Of a DNA stretch of 64,000 bases, positions 53,237 through 62,606 are shown in pieces. This stretch comes from Candidatus Sericytochromatia bacterium (GTDB lineage: Bacteria; Cyanobacteriota; Sericytochromatia; S15B-MN24; UBA4093): contig JAKFBU010000026.1 in assembly GCA_036676985.1 (NCBI GenBank), positions 160,001 to 224,000 on the forward strand. Direction: 5' to 3'. Each line of letters opens with the position of its first letter. The stretch's first letter is position 1. The notes beneath the pieces are model-generated. The model was given only the letters and a program-made list of their open reading frames with translations. It was not told where the DNA came from and made no database searches. Made by a program: the position numbers and the translations under genes.

Positions 53237-55645
53237 ATGCGTATTCCGTTGAACTGGCTGAACGACTACTTCGCAGCCCCCCTCACCGACGTCGACGCCA
53301 TCAAGTCGGCGCTCACCAACGCGGGCCTCGAGGTGGATGGCGTCGAGCGCGTCGCCCCCGGCTTCGAGAAGGTGGTCACGGGCAAGATCGTCGAGGCCGT
53401 CCAGCACCCGAACGCCGACCGCCTGCGCGTCTGCCAGACCGACGTCGGCACCGGCGAGCTGCTGCAGATCGTCACGGGCGCCGCCAACGTCCAGGTCGGA
53501 GACATCATCCCCGTCTCCCTGGTCGGCGCCCACCTGCCCAACGGCCTCGAGATCAAGGCCTCCAAGCTGCGCGGCGTCGACAGCTTCGGCATGTACTGCT
53601 CGCGCAAGGAGCTCGGCATGGAGGGCGGCGTCGACGGCGTCGAGGTCCTACCCCCCGACACCCCCATCGGCATCCCCGCCGCCCAGGCCATGGGCGTCGG
53701 CGGCGTCGTCATCGAGGTGGCCGTCCTCGCCAACCGCCCGGATGCCCTATCGGTGCTCGGCGTGGCCCGCGAGCTCGCGGCCGCCGGCCTCGGGACCCTC
53801 AAGTCGCCCCAGCCCAAGCCCCTGTCGCTCGACGGCGCGCCCCTCGCGGCCGTGACCCTCGAAGCGTCGGATCTCTGCCCGCGCTACGCCGGCCAGGTCG
53901 TCTCGGGCCTCAAGGTCGGCCCCTCGCCCGACTGGATGAAGGAGCGCCTGGAGCTCGCCGGCGTGCGCGCCATCTCGAACGTGGTCGACGTGACGAACTA
54001 CGTCCTGCTCGAGATGGGGCAGCCCCTGCACGCCTTCGACCTCGCGAAGATCTCGCCCCTGACCATCCGCCCCCGCCGCGCCAAGGCCGGCGAGACCATG
54101 ACCACCCTCGACGGCGCCGAGCGCCAACTCGACCCCGAGATGCTCGTCATCGCGGACGAGCACGGGGCCCAGGCGATCGCGGGCGTCATGGGCGGCGCCC
54201 ACTCCCAGGTCACCGAGGAGACGTCGAGCGTCCTTTTGGAGTCCGCCTACTTCGACCCGTCGAGCGTCCGCAAGACGGGCAAGAAGCTTGGCCTGAGCTC
54301 GGAGAGCTCGTACCGCTTCGAGCGGGGCGTGGACCCCGAGCACACGGTGCTTGCCCTCGCGCGCGCTGCCGAGCTCCTCGCCGAGGTGGCGGGCGCCTCC
54401 GTGCAAGGCCCCGTGGTGGATCAGAAGACGTCGCCGGACTTCCCGCAGCCCCTCGAGATCACGCTGCGTCCCGCGCGCGTCGAGCGCGTGCTCGGCACCC
54501 TGCCCGACCTGGAGGCCGCCCGCACCAAGCTCTCGGCCATCGGCTTCGAGATCCGCTCCGGCGAGCCCTGGCAGGTGCGCGTGCCCGGCTGGCGCCGCCA
54601 CGACGTCACCCGCGAGATCGACCTCATCGAAGAGATCGCGCGCCTCATCGGCTACGACCAGGTCCCCGCGACCCTCATGCCCCTCTCGGGCGTGGCGTCC
54701 CTCGGCCGCCGCGAGCTCACCACCCGCCGGGTGCGCGAGGTCCTGGAGGGCGCCGGCCTGCACGAGGTCATCACGCCGTCCCTGACGAGCGAGGCGGCCC
54801 TCAAGCTCGCCAAGGCTCCGGTCGACGAGGCCGTCGTGCTCGCCAACCCGCTCGCCGAGATGGCGCTGCTGCGCACGTCCATGCTGCCCGGCCTCCTGGA
54901 GGTCGCGCGCTTCAACCACTACCAGGGCCTGTCGAACCTCTCCCTCTATGAGGTCGGCAAGACCTACCGCAAGCGCCCCGACGGCACCGTCGAGGAGCCG
55001 CGCTGGGTGGCCTTCCTGGTCATGGGTGAGCAGGCGTCGGGCGTCTGGAAGCGGGCTCCGGAGGTCCTCACGGCCGACTTCTTCTGGGGCAAGGGGATCG
55101 CCGAGCGTGTGTTCGAGGCCCTCGGCACCGCCCAGATGCAGGCCTTCCCCTATCCCGAGGAGCCCGCGCTGCACCCGGGCCGGGCGGCTCGCCTGGAGGT
55201 CGGGGGAACGCTCGTGGGCTATCTCGGCGAGGTGCACCCCGAGGTGTACGCCGCCTACGATCTGCCCGTGGGCGGTCGGGCAGCGGTGGCCTGGCTCAGC
55301 CTGGATGCCATGGAGGCCGTCGCTCCCACCAGCGACCGCGCCTTCGGCGCCTTCGGCCGCATCCCGGCCGTGCTGCGCGATCTGGCCCTGGTGGTCCCCG
55401 AGACGACCATGGCCTCGTCGGTGGTCTCCACCGTCCGCGAGATGGGCGGGGAGCTGCTCGAGGCGGTCGAGGTCTTCGATCGCTACCAGGGGCCCCAGGT
55501 CCCCGAGGGCAAGGTCAGCCTCGGCCTGCGCCTGCGGTATCGCGACCCGCAAAAGACCCTGAGCGACGAGGAGGTCGAGCCCGTGCACCGGCGTATCGTC
55601 GAACGCGCCCAGGAGACCTACGGAGCGGCGGTACGCGACCGCTAA
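53237..55645 (+). CDS. pheT: Phenylalanine--tRNA ligase beta subunit
   Basis: 'HPNADRL', 'NRPDALS..G.ARE', 'GQPLHAFD', 'RFERGVD', 'DLIEEIAR', FDX-ACB C-terminus. Confidence 0.97.
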   Translation: MRIPLNWLNDYFAAPLTDVDAIKSALTNAGLEVDGVERVAPGFEKVVTGKIVEAVQHPNADRLRVCQTDVGTGELLQIVTGAANVQVGDIIPVSLVGAHLPNGLEIKASKLRGVDSFGMYCSRKELGMEGGVDGVEVLPPDTPIGIPAAQAMGVGGVVIEVAVLANRPDALSVLGVARELAAAGLGTLKSPQPKPLSLDGAPLAAVTLEASDLCPRYAGQVVSGLKVGPSPDWMKERLELAGVRAISNVVDVTNYVLLEMGQPLHAFDLAKISPLTIRPRRAKAGETMTTLDGAERQLDPEMLVIADEHGAQAIAGVMGGAHSQVTEETSSVLLESAYFDPSSVRKTGKKLGLSSESSYRFERGVDPEHTVLALARAAELLAEVAGASVQGPVVDQKTSPDFPQPLEITLRPARVERVLGTLPDLEAARTKLSAIGFEIRSGEPWQVRVPGWRRHDVTREIDLIEEIARLIGYDQVPATLMPLSGVASLGRRELTTRRVREVLEGAGLHEVITPSLTSEAALKLAKAPVDEAVVLANPLAEMALLRTSMLPGLLEVARFNHYQGLSNLSLYEVGKTYRKRPDGTVEEPRWVAFLVMGEQASGVWKRAPEVLTADFFWGKGIAERVFEALGTAQMQAFPYPEEPALHPGRAARLEVGGTLVGYLGEVHPEVYAAYDLPVGGRAAVAWLSLDAMEAVAPTSDRAFGAFGRIPAVLRDLALVVPETTMASSVVSTVREMGGELLEAVEVFDRYQGPQVPEGKVSLGLRLRYRDPQKTLSDEEVEPVHRRIVERAQETYGAAVRDR

Positions 55646-55651
55646 CACCAG

Positions 55652-55678
55652 GCGGCGGCCCTCGGGCCGCCGCTCTTT
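55652..55678 (+). terminator. Rho-independent terminator
   Basis: GCGGCGGCCC-tc-GGGCCGCCGC-TCTTT. Confidence 0.7.
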
Positions 55679-55760
55679 AATGATTTTTTTCGCATGTTCG
55701 GGGTATCATAGGGAAGGCTGTTAAGCGTTTTGACGCACTGGTTGGCCTTTTAGGAGAGCG

Positions 55761-56876
55761 TTGTCATCAATGGGAGCTCGCAAACCCCCGAAGAAGCCGG
55801 AAAAGAAGAGCCTTTTCGCTAGCCTGTTCGCCGGATTCGGCGGCGGCAAGAAGAAAGAGGATCCCAAGAAGCGTCCGGCCTCCGGCAGCGGCAAGAAGAC
55901 CGCTGCGGGTGCTCCCAAGAAGGGCGCCTCCCTGGCCAAGAAGCCCAAGGTGCAGGCTCCGCCCCCCGATGAGGACTTCCTGACCAACGACGATCCCCTC
56001 GCCGGGATCGAGAACGACCTCCTGGGCGCCATCGACGGGGACATGTTCTCCGGGGTGGACTTCGCCGCACCCGAGCCCCCGCAGCCCATGCACGTCGAGC
56101 ACCGGGTGCCCCCGGCCCAGCCCCCGATGCAGCCGGCGCCCCAGCCTCAGCAGGCGGCGGCTCCCGCTCAGGGCAGCTCGCTGTTCGGCCCCGACGGCGT
56201 GGACAACGCCCTCGACTCCCTCTTCGACAGCTTCGAGGTGGGTGGCGGCGCCCCCGCGGCTCCGCCCGCGCCGCCGCAGCCGGCCCCCCAGCCGATGATG
56301 CAGCAGGCGCCAGCACCCCAGCCCATGATGCAGCAGGCTCCGGCGCCGCAGCCCCAGGCTCCGCGTCCCCAGCCCGCGCCTCCCGCCGCCCAGCAGCCTC
56401 CGCAGCAGGACGGCCTGGTCTCCATCGGTAAGCTCCTGGTCGACCAGAACACCCTCAAGCGCATCATCGACAACGCCGAGAAGCGCGGTACCGGCCTCTA
56501 CACCACCACCCGCATCATCTCGAACGCCAAGGGCGCCGACCTCGACGCCATCCTCGGCCAGATCGACCAGTGCGGCGGCGTTGCCGGCAGCCTCATCGTC
56601 GGCCGCGACGGCCTGGTCATCGCGAGCACCCTGCCCACCAACTTCGACAAGGAGCTGGTCGGGGCGATCGCGAGCTCCATGCAGACCAACCTGGACGTCC
56701 AGTGCAAGAAGATGAAGCTGGGCACCGCGCGCCAGGTCATCCTCGACACCGAGGGCGGCGTGGTCCTGCTCATCGCCCTCGAGGTGGGCGTGCTGGTGGT
56801 GATGAGCCAGTCGCTGATGTCCCTGGATCTGACCGGCGTGCTGTCGGTGATCGCAGGCATCGCCGAGAAAGTCTAA
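55761..56876 (+). CDS. Roadblock/LC7 (MglB-like) domain protein with long disordered Lys-, Asp- and Pro/Gln-rich N-terminal region
   Basis: C-terminal 'GVAGSLIVGRDGLVIAS...LGTARQVILDTEGG' roadblock signature; AGGAG RBS (TTG 55761 or ATG 55770). Confidence 0.82.
   Translation: MSSMGARKPPKKPEKKSLFASLFAGFGGGKKKEDPKKRPASGSGKKTAAGAPKKGASLAKKPKVQAPPPDEDFLTNDDPLAGIENDLLGAIDGDMFSGVDFAAPEPPQPMHVEHRVPPAQPPMQPAPQPQQAAAPAQGSSLFGPDGVDNALDSLFDSFEVGGGAPAAPPAPPQPAPQPMMQQAPAPQPMMQQAPAPQPQAPRPQPAPPAAQQPPQQDGLVSIGKLLVDQNTLKRIIDNAEKRGTGLYTTTRIISNAKGADLDAILGQIDQCGGVAGSLIVGRDGLVIASTLPTNFDKELVGAIASSMQTNLDVQCKKMKLGTARQVILDTEGGVVLLIALEVGVLVVMSQSLMSLDLTGVLSVIAGIAEKV
56280..56353 (+). repeat. In-frame 30-bp tandem repeat (PAPQPMMQQA, about 2.5 copies)
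   Basis: CC(G/A)GC(C/A)CCCCAGCC(G/C)ATGATGCAGCAGGC repeated. Confidence 0.75.
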
Positions 56877-56957
56877 CGATCGCGGGTACAATTAACCGGG
56901 CAGGCGCTCGGGCCGATGCGGCTCGAGCGTAGGACTACGCCCTAGGAGGAGCGCTCC

Positions 56958-58862
56958 GTGGCCATCGTCAAGATGAAGCTGGGCGAGATTCTGCTCAACG
57001 CGAATCTCATCACCGAGAACCAGCTCAAGACAGCCGTCGAGATCCAGAAGCAGACCAAAGAGAGCCTCGGGCTCATCCTGATCAAGCAGGGCTACATCAC
57101 CGAGGCCTCCATCAAGGACGCCCTCGAGCTGCAGTACGGCCTCCGGTACATCAACCTCCGCAAGACCAAGGTTCCGCCCGAGGTCCTCAAGCTCATCCCC
57201 GAGAACCTCCAGCGCCAGCACCAGATCATCCCCGTCTCCCTGGCCAACAACCGCCTGACGCTGGCCATGGTGGACCCCACCAACCTGATCGCCATCGACG
57301 ACGTGCGCTTCACGCTCAAGGGCGTGACGGTGCAGCCGGTGGTCATCACCGAGGACGAGTTCTTCTGGTTCATGGACAACCAGACCGCGACCGCGGCCCC
57401 CGAGGTCGAGTCCGGTCCGGTCATGGACATCTCGTCGGTCCTGGGCGAGATCGCCTCGGACGACGAGCTCGAGGTCGTCGAGCAGAAGGAAGACAACACC
57501 AAGACCATCGAGCTGGAGCGGCAGGCCGAAGAGTCGCCGATCATCAAGCTCGCCAACTCGATCCTGACCAACGCCATCGGCGGTGGCAAGAAGGTCTCGG
57601 ACATCCACATCGAGCCCTGGGAGAACGAGGTCATCGTCCGGTACCGCATCGACGGCATCCTGCACCGGCAATCGACCATCCCCCGCAAGTTCCTGGCCGC
57701 CATCGTCAGCCGCTTCAAGATCATGGCCAACCTGGACATCTCCGAGAAGCGCCTCCCGCAGGACGGCCGCATCCGCGTGCGCTTCAAGGGCCGCGACTGG
57801 GACTTCCGATTCTCGAGCCTGCCTTCCAAGTTCGGCGAGAAGATCTGCATGCGCGTGCTCGACAAGTCGAGCACGACGCTCGGCCTCGAAAAGCTGTTCA
57901 TCTTCCCCGAGGACCTGGCGGTGGTCAACGAGATGGCCAACCGTCCCTTCGGCATCATCTTCGTCACGGGCCCCACGGGCTCCGGCAAGTCGACGACCCT
58001 GTACTCGATCCTCAACATGCGCAACACGCCGGACGTCAACATCGTCACGGCCGAGGACCCCATCGAGTACGACGCGCCCGGCATCAACCAGTGCCAGGTG
58101 CGCCCGGAGATCGGCTACACCTTCGCCCGCGTCCTCAAGGCGTTCCTGCGCCAGGACCCGGACATCATGCTCATCGGTGAGACGCGCGACCTGGAGGTGG
58201 CCAAGATCGCCATCGAGTCCGCGCTCACGGGCCACCTGGTCTTCACGTCGCTGCACACCAACGACGCGCCCGGCGCCATCACCCGTCTGCACGAGATGGG
58301 CGTCGAGGGCTTCATGGTGTCGGCGGCGACCATCGGCATCATCGCCCAGCGTCTGGTGCGGCGCCTCTGCCCCAAGTGCAAGCAGCCCCACACTCCGACG
58401 CCTCAAGAGCTCGACTACGTGGGCTACCGGTACGATCCGGACAACCTGCCGACCTTCTACAAGGCGGTGGGCTGCAACGAGTGCTCGAAGGGCTACTCGG
58501 GCCGCATGGGCGTCTACGAGATCATGAAGCTGAACGACGAGCTGCGCGATCTGATCGCCCGCGGCGCGTCCACGGCCCTCATCCGCTTCGCGGCCAAGCA
58601 GTCCGGCATGACCACCCTCAAGGACTACTCGCTCAAGCTGGTGCGCGACGGCCACACGTCCCTGGACGAGGTCATCCGCGTGACGTTCTCGGGTGAGGGC
58701 GAGGAAAAGCTTTGCCCCGGCTGCCGGAACCCCATCGGCGACGAGTTCATGAAGTGTCCCTTCTGCCAGATCGACCTCAAGAAGGTTTGCCCCAAGTGCC
58801 ATCAGCGGGTAGAAGATGGATGGAAGGGTTGCCCGGCGTGCGGGACGTTGCTCGCGGTATAG
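56958..58862 (+). CDS. pilB: Type IV pilus assembly ATPase with MshEN N-terminus and C-terminal double zinc ribbon
   Basis: 'KLGEILL', 'SDIHIEP', 'RLPQDGR', 'GPTGSGKSTT', 'LRQDPD', tetra-Cys Zn site, four C-terminal CPxC motifs. Confidence 0.95.
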   Translation: MAIVKMKLGEILLNANLITENQLKTAVEIQKQTKESLGLILIKQGYITEASIKDALELQYGLRYINLRKTKVPPEVLKLIPENLQRQHQIIPVSLANNRLTLAMVDPTNLIAIDDVRFTLKGVTVQPVVITEDEFFWFMDNQTATAAPEVESGPVMDISSVLGEIASDDELEVVEQKEDNTKTIELERQAEESPIIKLANSILTNAIGGGKKVSDIHIEPWENEVIVRYRIDGILHRQSTIPRKFLAAIVSRFKIMANLDISEKRLPQDGRIRVRFKGRDWDFRFSSLPSKFGEKICMRVLDKSSTTLGLEKLFIFPEDLAVVNEMANRPFGIIFVTGPTGSGKSTTLYSILNMRNTPDVNIVTAEDPIEYDAPGINQCQVRPEIGYTFARVLKAFLRQDPDIMLIGETRDLEVAKIAIESALTGHLVFTSLHTNDAPGAITRLHEMGVEGFMVSAATIGIIAQRLVRRLCPKCKQPHTPTPQELDYVGYRYDPDNLPTFYKAVGCNECSKGYSGRMGVYEIMKLNDELRDLIARGASTALIRFAAKQSGMTTLKDYSLKLVRDGHTSLDEVIRVTFSGEGEEKLCPGCRNPIGDEFMKCPFCQIDLKKVCPKCHQRVEDGWKGCPACGTLLAV

Positions 58863-58863
58863 C

Positions 58864-58900
58864 GGAGGACCCCCCCTGGCCCCCCCTCTAGAGGGGGGGA
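58864..58900 (+). repeat. REP-like family A, copy 3
   Basis: GGAGGACCCCCCCTGGCCCCCCCTCTAGAGGGGGGGA between pilB and pilT. Confidence 0.8.
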
Positions 58901-58966
58901 AGGCCGCCCAAAGTGAGGGCGTAAGGGAATATCGAGAGGGTTAGTCTCGGAAAGGAGCCTGCCAAT

Positions 58967-60070
58967 ATGTACATGGAGGAGCTGCTGCAGCTCGTGTTCG
59001 ACCGCGACGGGTCGGACCTGCACATCTCGGCGGGCGTCCCGCCCATCATCCGCATCAACGGCAAGCTGGTGCGCACGGACTACGATCCGCTGACGCCCGA
59101 GGACACCCAACGCCTCATCTTCTCGATCCTCTCCAACGACCAGCGCAAGAACCTGGAACAGACCATGGAGCTCGACTGCTCGTACGGCGTGGTCGGCCTG
59201 GGCCGCTTCCGCGTCAACGCGTTCAAGTCCAAGGGCGCCTACGCGGCCGTCTTGCGTACCATCTCGACCAAGATTCCCCGCTTCGAGGACCTGGGCCTAC
59301 CTCCGCTGGTTCGCGAGCTGACGCACAAGCCCCGCGGCCTCATCCTCGTCACCGGCCCCACCGGTTCGGGCAAGTCGACCACCCTGGCGGCGATGATCGA
59401 CAACATCAACGCCACCCGCGCCGAGCACATCCTCACCATCGAGGACCCCGTCGAGTACGTCCACATCCCCAAGATGAGCCTGGTCAACCAGCGCGAGCTC
59501 GGGGCGGACACCAAGAGCTTCGACAACGCCCTCAAGGCGGCCCTGCGCGAAGACCCCGACGTCATCCTGGTGGGTGAGTTGCGCGACCTGGAAACGATCC
59601 GCCTCGCCATGACCGCCGCCGAGACCGGTCACTTGGTCTTCGGCACGCTTCACACCTCGAGCGCCATGCAGACGGTGGACCGCGTCGTCGACGTCTTCCC
59701 GCCGCACCAGCAGCAGCAGATCCGCGTCCAGATCTCGAACTCCCTGGTCGCCGTCCTCTCGCAGACCCTGGTCCCCAAGGTCACGGCCGACGGCAAGGGC
59801 AAGGGCCGCGTGATGGCCCTCGAGATCCTGGTCAACACCCCGGCCATCGCGAACCTGATCCGCGAGGGCAAGACGGCCCAGATCTACTCGGCCATCCAGA
59901 CCGGCCAGAAGTTCGGCATGCAGACCCTCGAGAGCTGCCTGAAGGACCTCTACTTCAACCGCCTCATCTCGTACGAGGACGCGATCGCCAAGACCTCGCG
60001 CCCCGAGGACCTGATCCGCATGATCGGTGCGGCCCCCTCGGGATCGATGGCCCAGGCGATGGCTCGCTAA
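58967..60070 (+). CDS. pilT: Type IV pilus retraction ATPase
   Basis: 'SDLH', 'GPTGSGKSTTLA', 'EDPVE', 'REDPD', 'AETGH', AIRNLIRE-type 'AIANLIRE'. Confidence 0.96.
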   Translation: MYMEELLQLVFDRDGSDLHISAGVPPIIRINGKLVRTDYDPLTPEDTQRLIFSILSNDQRKNLEQTMELDCSYGVVGLGRFRVNAFKSKGAYAAVLRTISTKIPRFEDLGLPPLVRELTHKPRGLILVTGPTGSGKSTTLAAMIDNINATRAEHILTIEDPVEYVHIPKMSLVNQRELGADTKSFDNALKAALREDPDVILVGELRDLETIRLAMTAAETGHLVFGTLHTSSAMQTVDRVVDVFPPHQQQQIRVQISNSLVAVLSQTLVPKVTADGKGKGRVMALEILVNTPAIANLIREGKTAQIYSAIQTGQKFGMQTLESCLKDLYFNRLISYEDAIAKTSRPEDLIRMIGAAPSGSMAQAMAR

Positions 60071-60090
60071 GCGTCCCCTTCTCTCGTTCG

Positions 60091-60119
60091 AGCCCCCCGC
60101 CGGCTACCGGCGGGGGGCT
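60091..60119 (+). terminator. Hairpin between pilT and pilC
   Basis: AGCCCCCCGCCGG-cta-CCGGCGGGGGGCT. Confidence 0.6.
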
Positions 60120-60212
60120 TAGGTTTGGGGCGGTCGGGGGTAAAAGGTATGTGGAAGGTCCCGTTCTGCGGGGCCTGGTAGTGCAACACGGTACATCCAG
60201 GGAGTCCGGTCC

Positions 60213-61472
60213 ATGCCGACCTATCAGTGCAAGGTTCGCGATCACCGCGGCGAGGCGTTCATGAAGACCATGACCGGCGAGAACGCGGTCGAGGTGCGCA
60301 ATCGCCTGCGTGAGATGGGCTACATGGTCGTCACGCCCGTCACCGAGAAGCGCGACAACGCCCTGACGTCCATGAACGTCGGCCAGAACCTCAAGTTCCT
60401 GGACCAGCTCAACGACTACATGGCCAACGCCGGCAAGGTCAAGCTCTCGGACCTGACCATCTTCAGCCGGCAGTTCGCGACCATGATCAACGCGGGCGTG
60501 GCCATGGTGCGCGCCCTCCACATCCTCTCGGAGCAGACGAAGAACCCCAAGCTGCGCAAGGTCATCCTCGACCTCAAGACCCGCGTCGAGTCCGGCAACT
60601 CGCTCTCGGACTCCATGTCCAAGCACTCGACGGTCTTCGACAAGCTGTTCGTCGGTATGGTCCGCGCGGGCGAGGCGGGCGGCGTCCTGGACGAGGTCCT
60701 GTTGCGCGTGGCGGCCTTCCAGGAGGCCTCCAACAAGCTGCAGGGCCAGGTCAAGTCGGCCATGACCTACCCCATCGTCGTCTCGGTGATGGCGGTCGGC
60801 ATCTTCGTGGCGATGCTGGTGTTCATCCTGCCCGTCTTCGCGAACATGTTCGCCCAGATGAACGCCAAGCTGCCCGAGTACACGCAGTTCCTCATCGACA
60901 TGTCGAACATGGTCCGCGGCCCCATCGGTGTCGGCATGTTCTTCGGCATCGTGGGCTTCACCATGCTCTTCCGCCGCTGGGCCAAGACCGACCACGGCAA
61001 GCACTTCCTGGACAAGCACATCCTGAACCTGCCGGTCTTGGGCCCCCTGGTCCAGAAGGTCTCCGTGGCGCGCTTCACGCGCACGCTGGGCACCCTCTTG
61101 CGCTCGGGCGTCCCCCTCCTGAGCGCGCTCGAGATCGTCCGCGACTCGGCGGGCAACACCCAGGTCTCGGGCGCGGTGGAAGACGTCCGCCAGGCGGTCC
61201 GCGAGGGCGAGGGCATCACGCGGCCCCTGGAGAAGGCGGCCATCTTCCCGCCCATGGTCACGCAGATGATCTCCATCGGCGAGGAGACGGGCGCCATCGA
61301 CTCCATGCTGGAGAAGGTCGCGGACTTCTACGACGAAGAGGTGGAGGCCGCGGTCAAGAGCCTCACGTCCCTCCTGGAGCCCCTGATGATGGTCGGCATC
61401 GGTCTGCTGGTCGGCTCGATCGTCGTGGGCATGTACCTGCCCATCTTCAGCATCATCAACAACGTCAAGTAA
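60213..61472 (+). CDS. pilC: Type IV pilus platform protein (GspF family)
   Basis: 'FSRQFATMINAG', 'AGEAGG.LDEVL', 'SAMTYP', 'GEETG', 'LLEP'. Confidence 0.95.
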   Translation: MPTYQCKVRDHRGEAFMKTMTGENAVEVRNRLREMGYMVVTPVTEKRDNALTSMNVGQNLKFLDQLNDYMANAGKVKLSDLTIFSRQFATMINAGVAMVRALHILSEQTKNPKLRKVILDLKTRVESGNSLSDSMSKHSTVFDKLFVGMVRAGEAGGVLDEVLLRVAAFQEASNKLQGQVKSAMTYPIVVSVMAVGIFVAMLVFILPVFANMFAQMNAKLPEYTQFLIDMSNMVRGPIGVGMFFGIVGFTMLFRRWAKTDHGKHFLDKHILNLPVLGPLVQKVSVARFTRTLGTLLRSGVPLLSALEIVRDSAGNTQVSGAVEDVRQAVREGEGITRPLEKAAIFPPMVTQMISIGEETGAIDSMLEKVADFYDEEVEAAVKSLTSLLEPLMMVGIGLLVGSIVVGMYLPIFSIINNVK

Positions 61473-61557
61473 GAAAACGCTAATGAACGGGGTGACGGCG
61501 GGCCCGATGGCTGATATTCTTTAGACAGTCACCCCTAGCTAGGAGAGATGCCCATTC

Positions 61558-61668
61558 ATGGACGGTAACTGGACGTATTTCTGGTTCATGCTCACGGTGT
61601 TCTTCGGGGTCTGCGGTTGGGTCGGCTTCTCGGCCGTCAAGATCGCTCAGAACCCTTCCGAGCACTAA
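61558..61668 (+). CDS. Small 36-aa single-TM protein (absent from the ORF track)
   Basis: MDGNWTYFWFMLTVFFGVCGWVGFSAVKIAQNPSEH; AGGAG upstream, strong terminator downstream. Confidence 0.6.
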   Translation: MDGNWTYFWFMLTVFFGVCGWVGFSAVKIAQNPSEH

Positions 61669-61677
61669 GAAACTCCT

Positions 61678-61712
61678 CGGGCGATCGCGTCGACGCGATC
61701 GCCCGTTTTTTT
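61678..61712 (+). terminator. Rho-independent terminator
   Basis: CGGGCGATCGCGT-cg-ACGCGATCGCCCG followed by T7. Confidence 0.9.
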
Positions 61713-61848
61713 GCCCGTCCTTCGTTAAGCCTGTTAACCCTCCATCAAATTCGACCCGTTGTTGGGTCAAATGATCATCCGACCGTTTATCAATGCTTGC
61801 TTGCGGGAAGGTCCACTATGGGATCGCGTCCGCAAGGAGATCGACGGC

Positions 61849-62604
61849 ATGAATGGGACCACGCTGCTCGATAGCAACGAACTGATTGCGCGCTTCCAGT
61901 CGGAGCGCGAGCCGCGCGTGCGCGACGAGATCGTGCGCCGCCACCTGAAGCTGGTGAAGCAGATCGCGCGCACCTACGGAGCCCGTTCGGCGGACAGCGT
62001 GGACGACCTGATCCAGGTGGGCTCCATCGGCCTCCTGAACGCCATCGAGCGCTTCGATCCGTCGCTCGGCAAGAACTTCGAGGCGTACGCGGGCACGCTC
62101 GTCGCGGGCGAAATCAAGCACTACCTGCGCGACAGCATCCACCTGGTCCGGCCGCCCCGCGAGCTCGTCGAGCTGCGCTCGACGGTGCGCGCCGCCACCA
62201 GCAAGCTCTCTCAGACGGTGGAGCGGGCGCCTACGCTGGACGAGCTCGCCACCGAGACCGGGCTGCCCGCCAAGAAGGTCGAGGAGGTGCTGGCGCTCGA
62301 CCAGGCGCACGTGGTCTCCCTGGACGACGAGGGCGAGGACGACGAGTCGCCTCGGGTCCGCTACCACCTGGTGGACAACAAGTACCGATCCTTCCAGCTG
62401 GCCGCCGAGGACCGCATCATGCTGGGCCAGGCCATGGGCAAGCTCAAGCACGTCTCGCGCGAGGTGCTCGAGTTCGCCTTCTACCAGGACCTCACGCAGA
62501 CGGAGATCGCGCAGCAGCTCGGCATCTCGCAGATGCAGGTCTCGCGGCGCCTCAAGGCCGCGACCCAGGAGCTCTGGAAGGTCCTCAACTCCCGGCTCTG
62601 GTAG
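61849..62604 (+). CDS. SigB/SigF-type group 3 sigma factor
   Basis: 'DDLIQVGSIGL..AIERFDP', 'GEIKHYLRD', 'LTQTEIAQQLGISQMQVSR'; AAGGAG RBS. Confidence 0.92.
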   Translation: MNGTTLLDSNELIARFQSEREPRVRDEIVRRHLKLVKQIARTYGARSADSVDDLIQVGSIGLLNAIERFDPSLGKNFEAYAGTLVAGEIKHYLRDSIHLVRPPRELVELRSTVRAATSKLSQTVERAPTLDELATETGLPAKKVEEVLALDQAHVVSLDDEGEDDESPRVRYHLVDNKYRSFQLAAEDRIMLGQAMGKLKHVSREVLEFAFYQDLTQTEIAQQLGISQMQVSRRLKAATQELWKVLNSRLW

Positions 62605-62606
62605 GT

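Noticed and set aside
61725-61737. TTAA pair upstream of the sigma gene (and the pair at 40869/40881) as members of the 11-bp arrays
   Set aside because: Spacings are 9 and 12 bp, so they are off-phase
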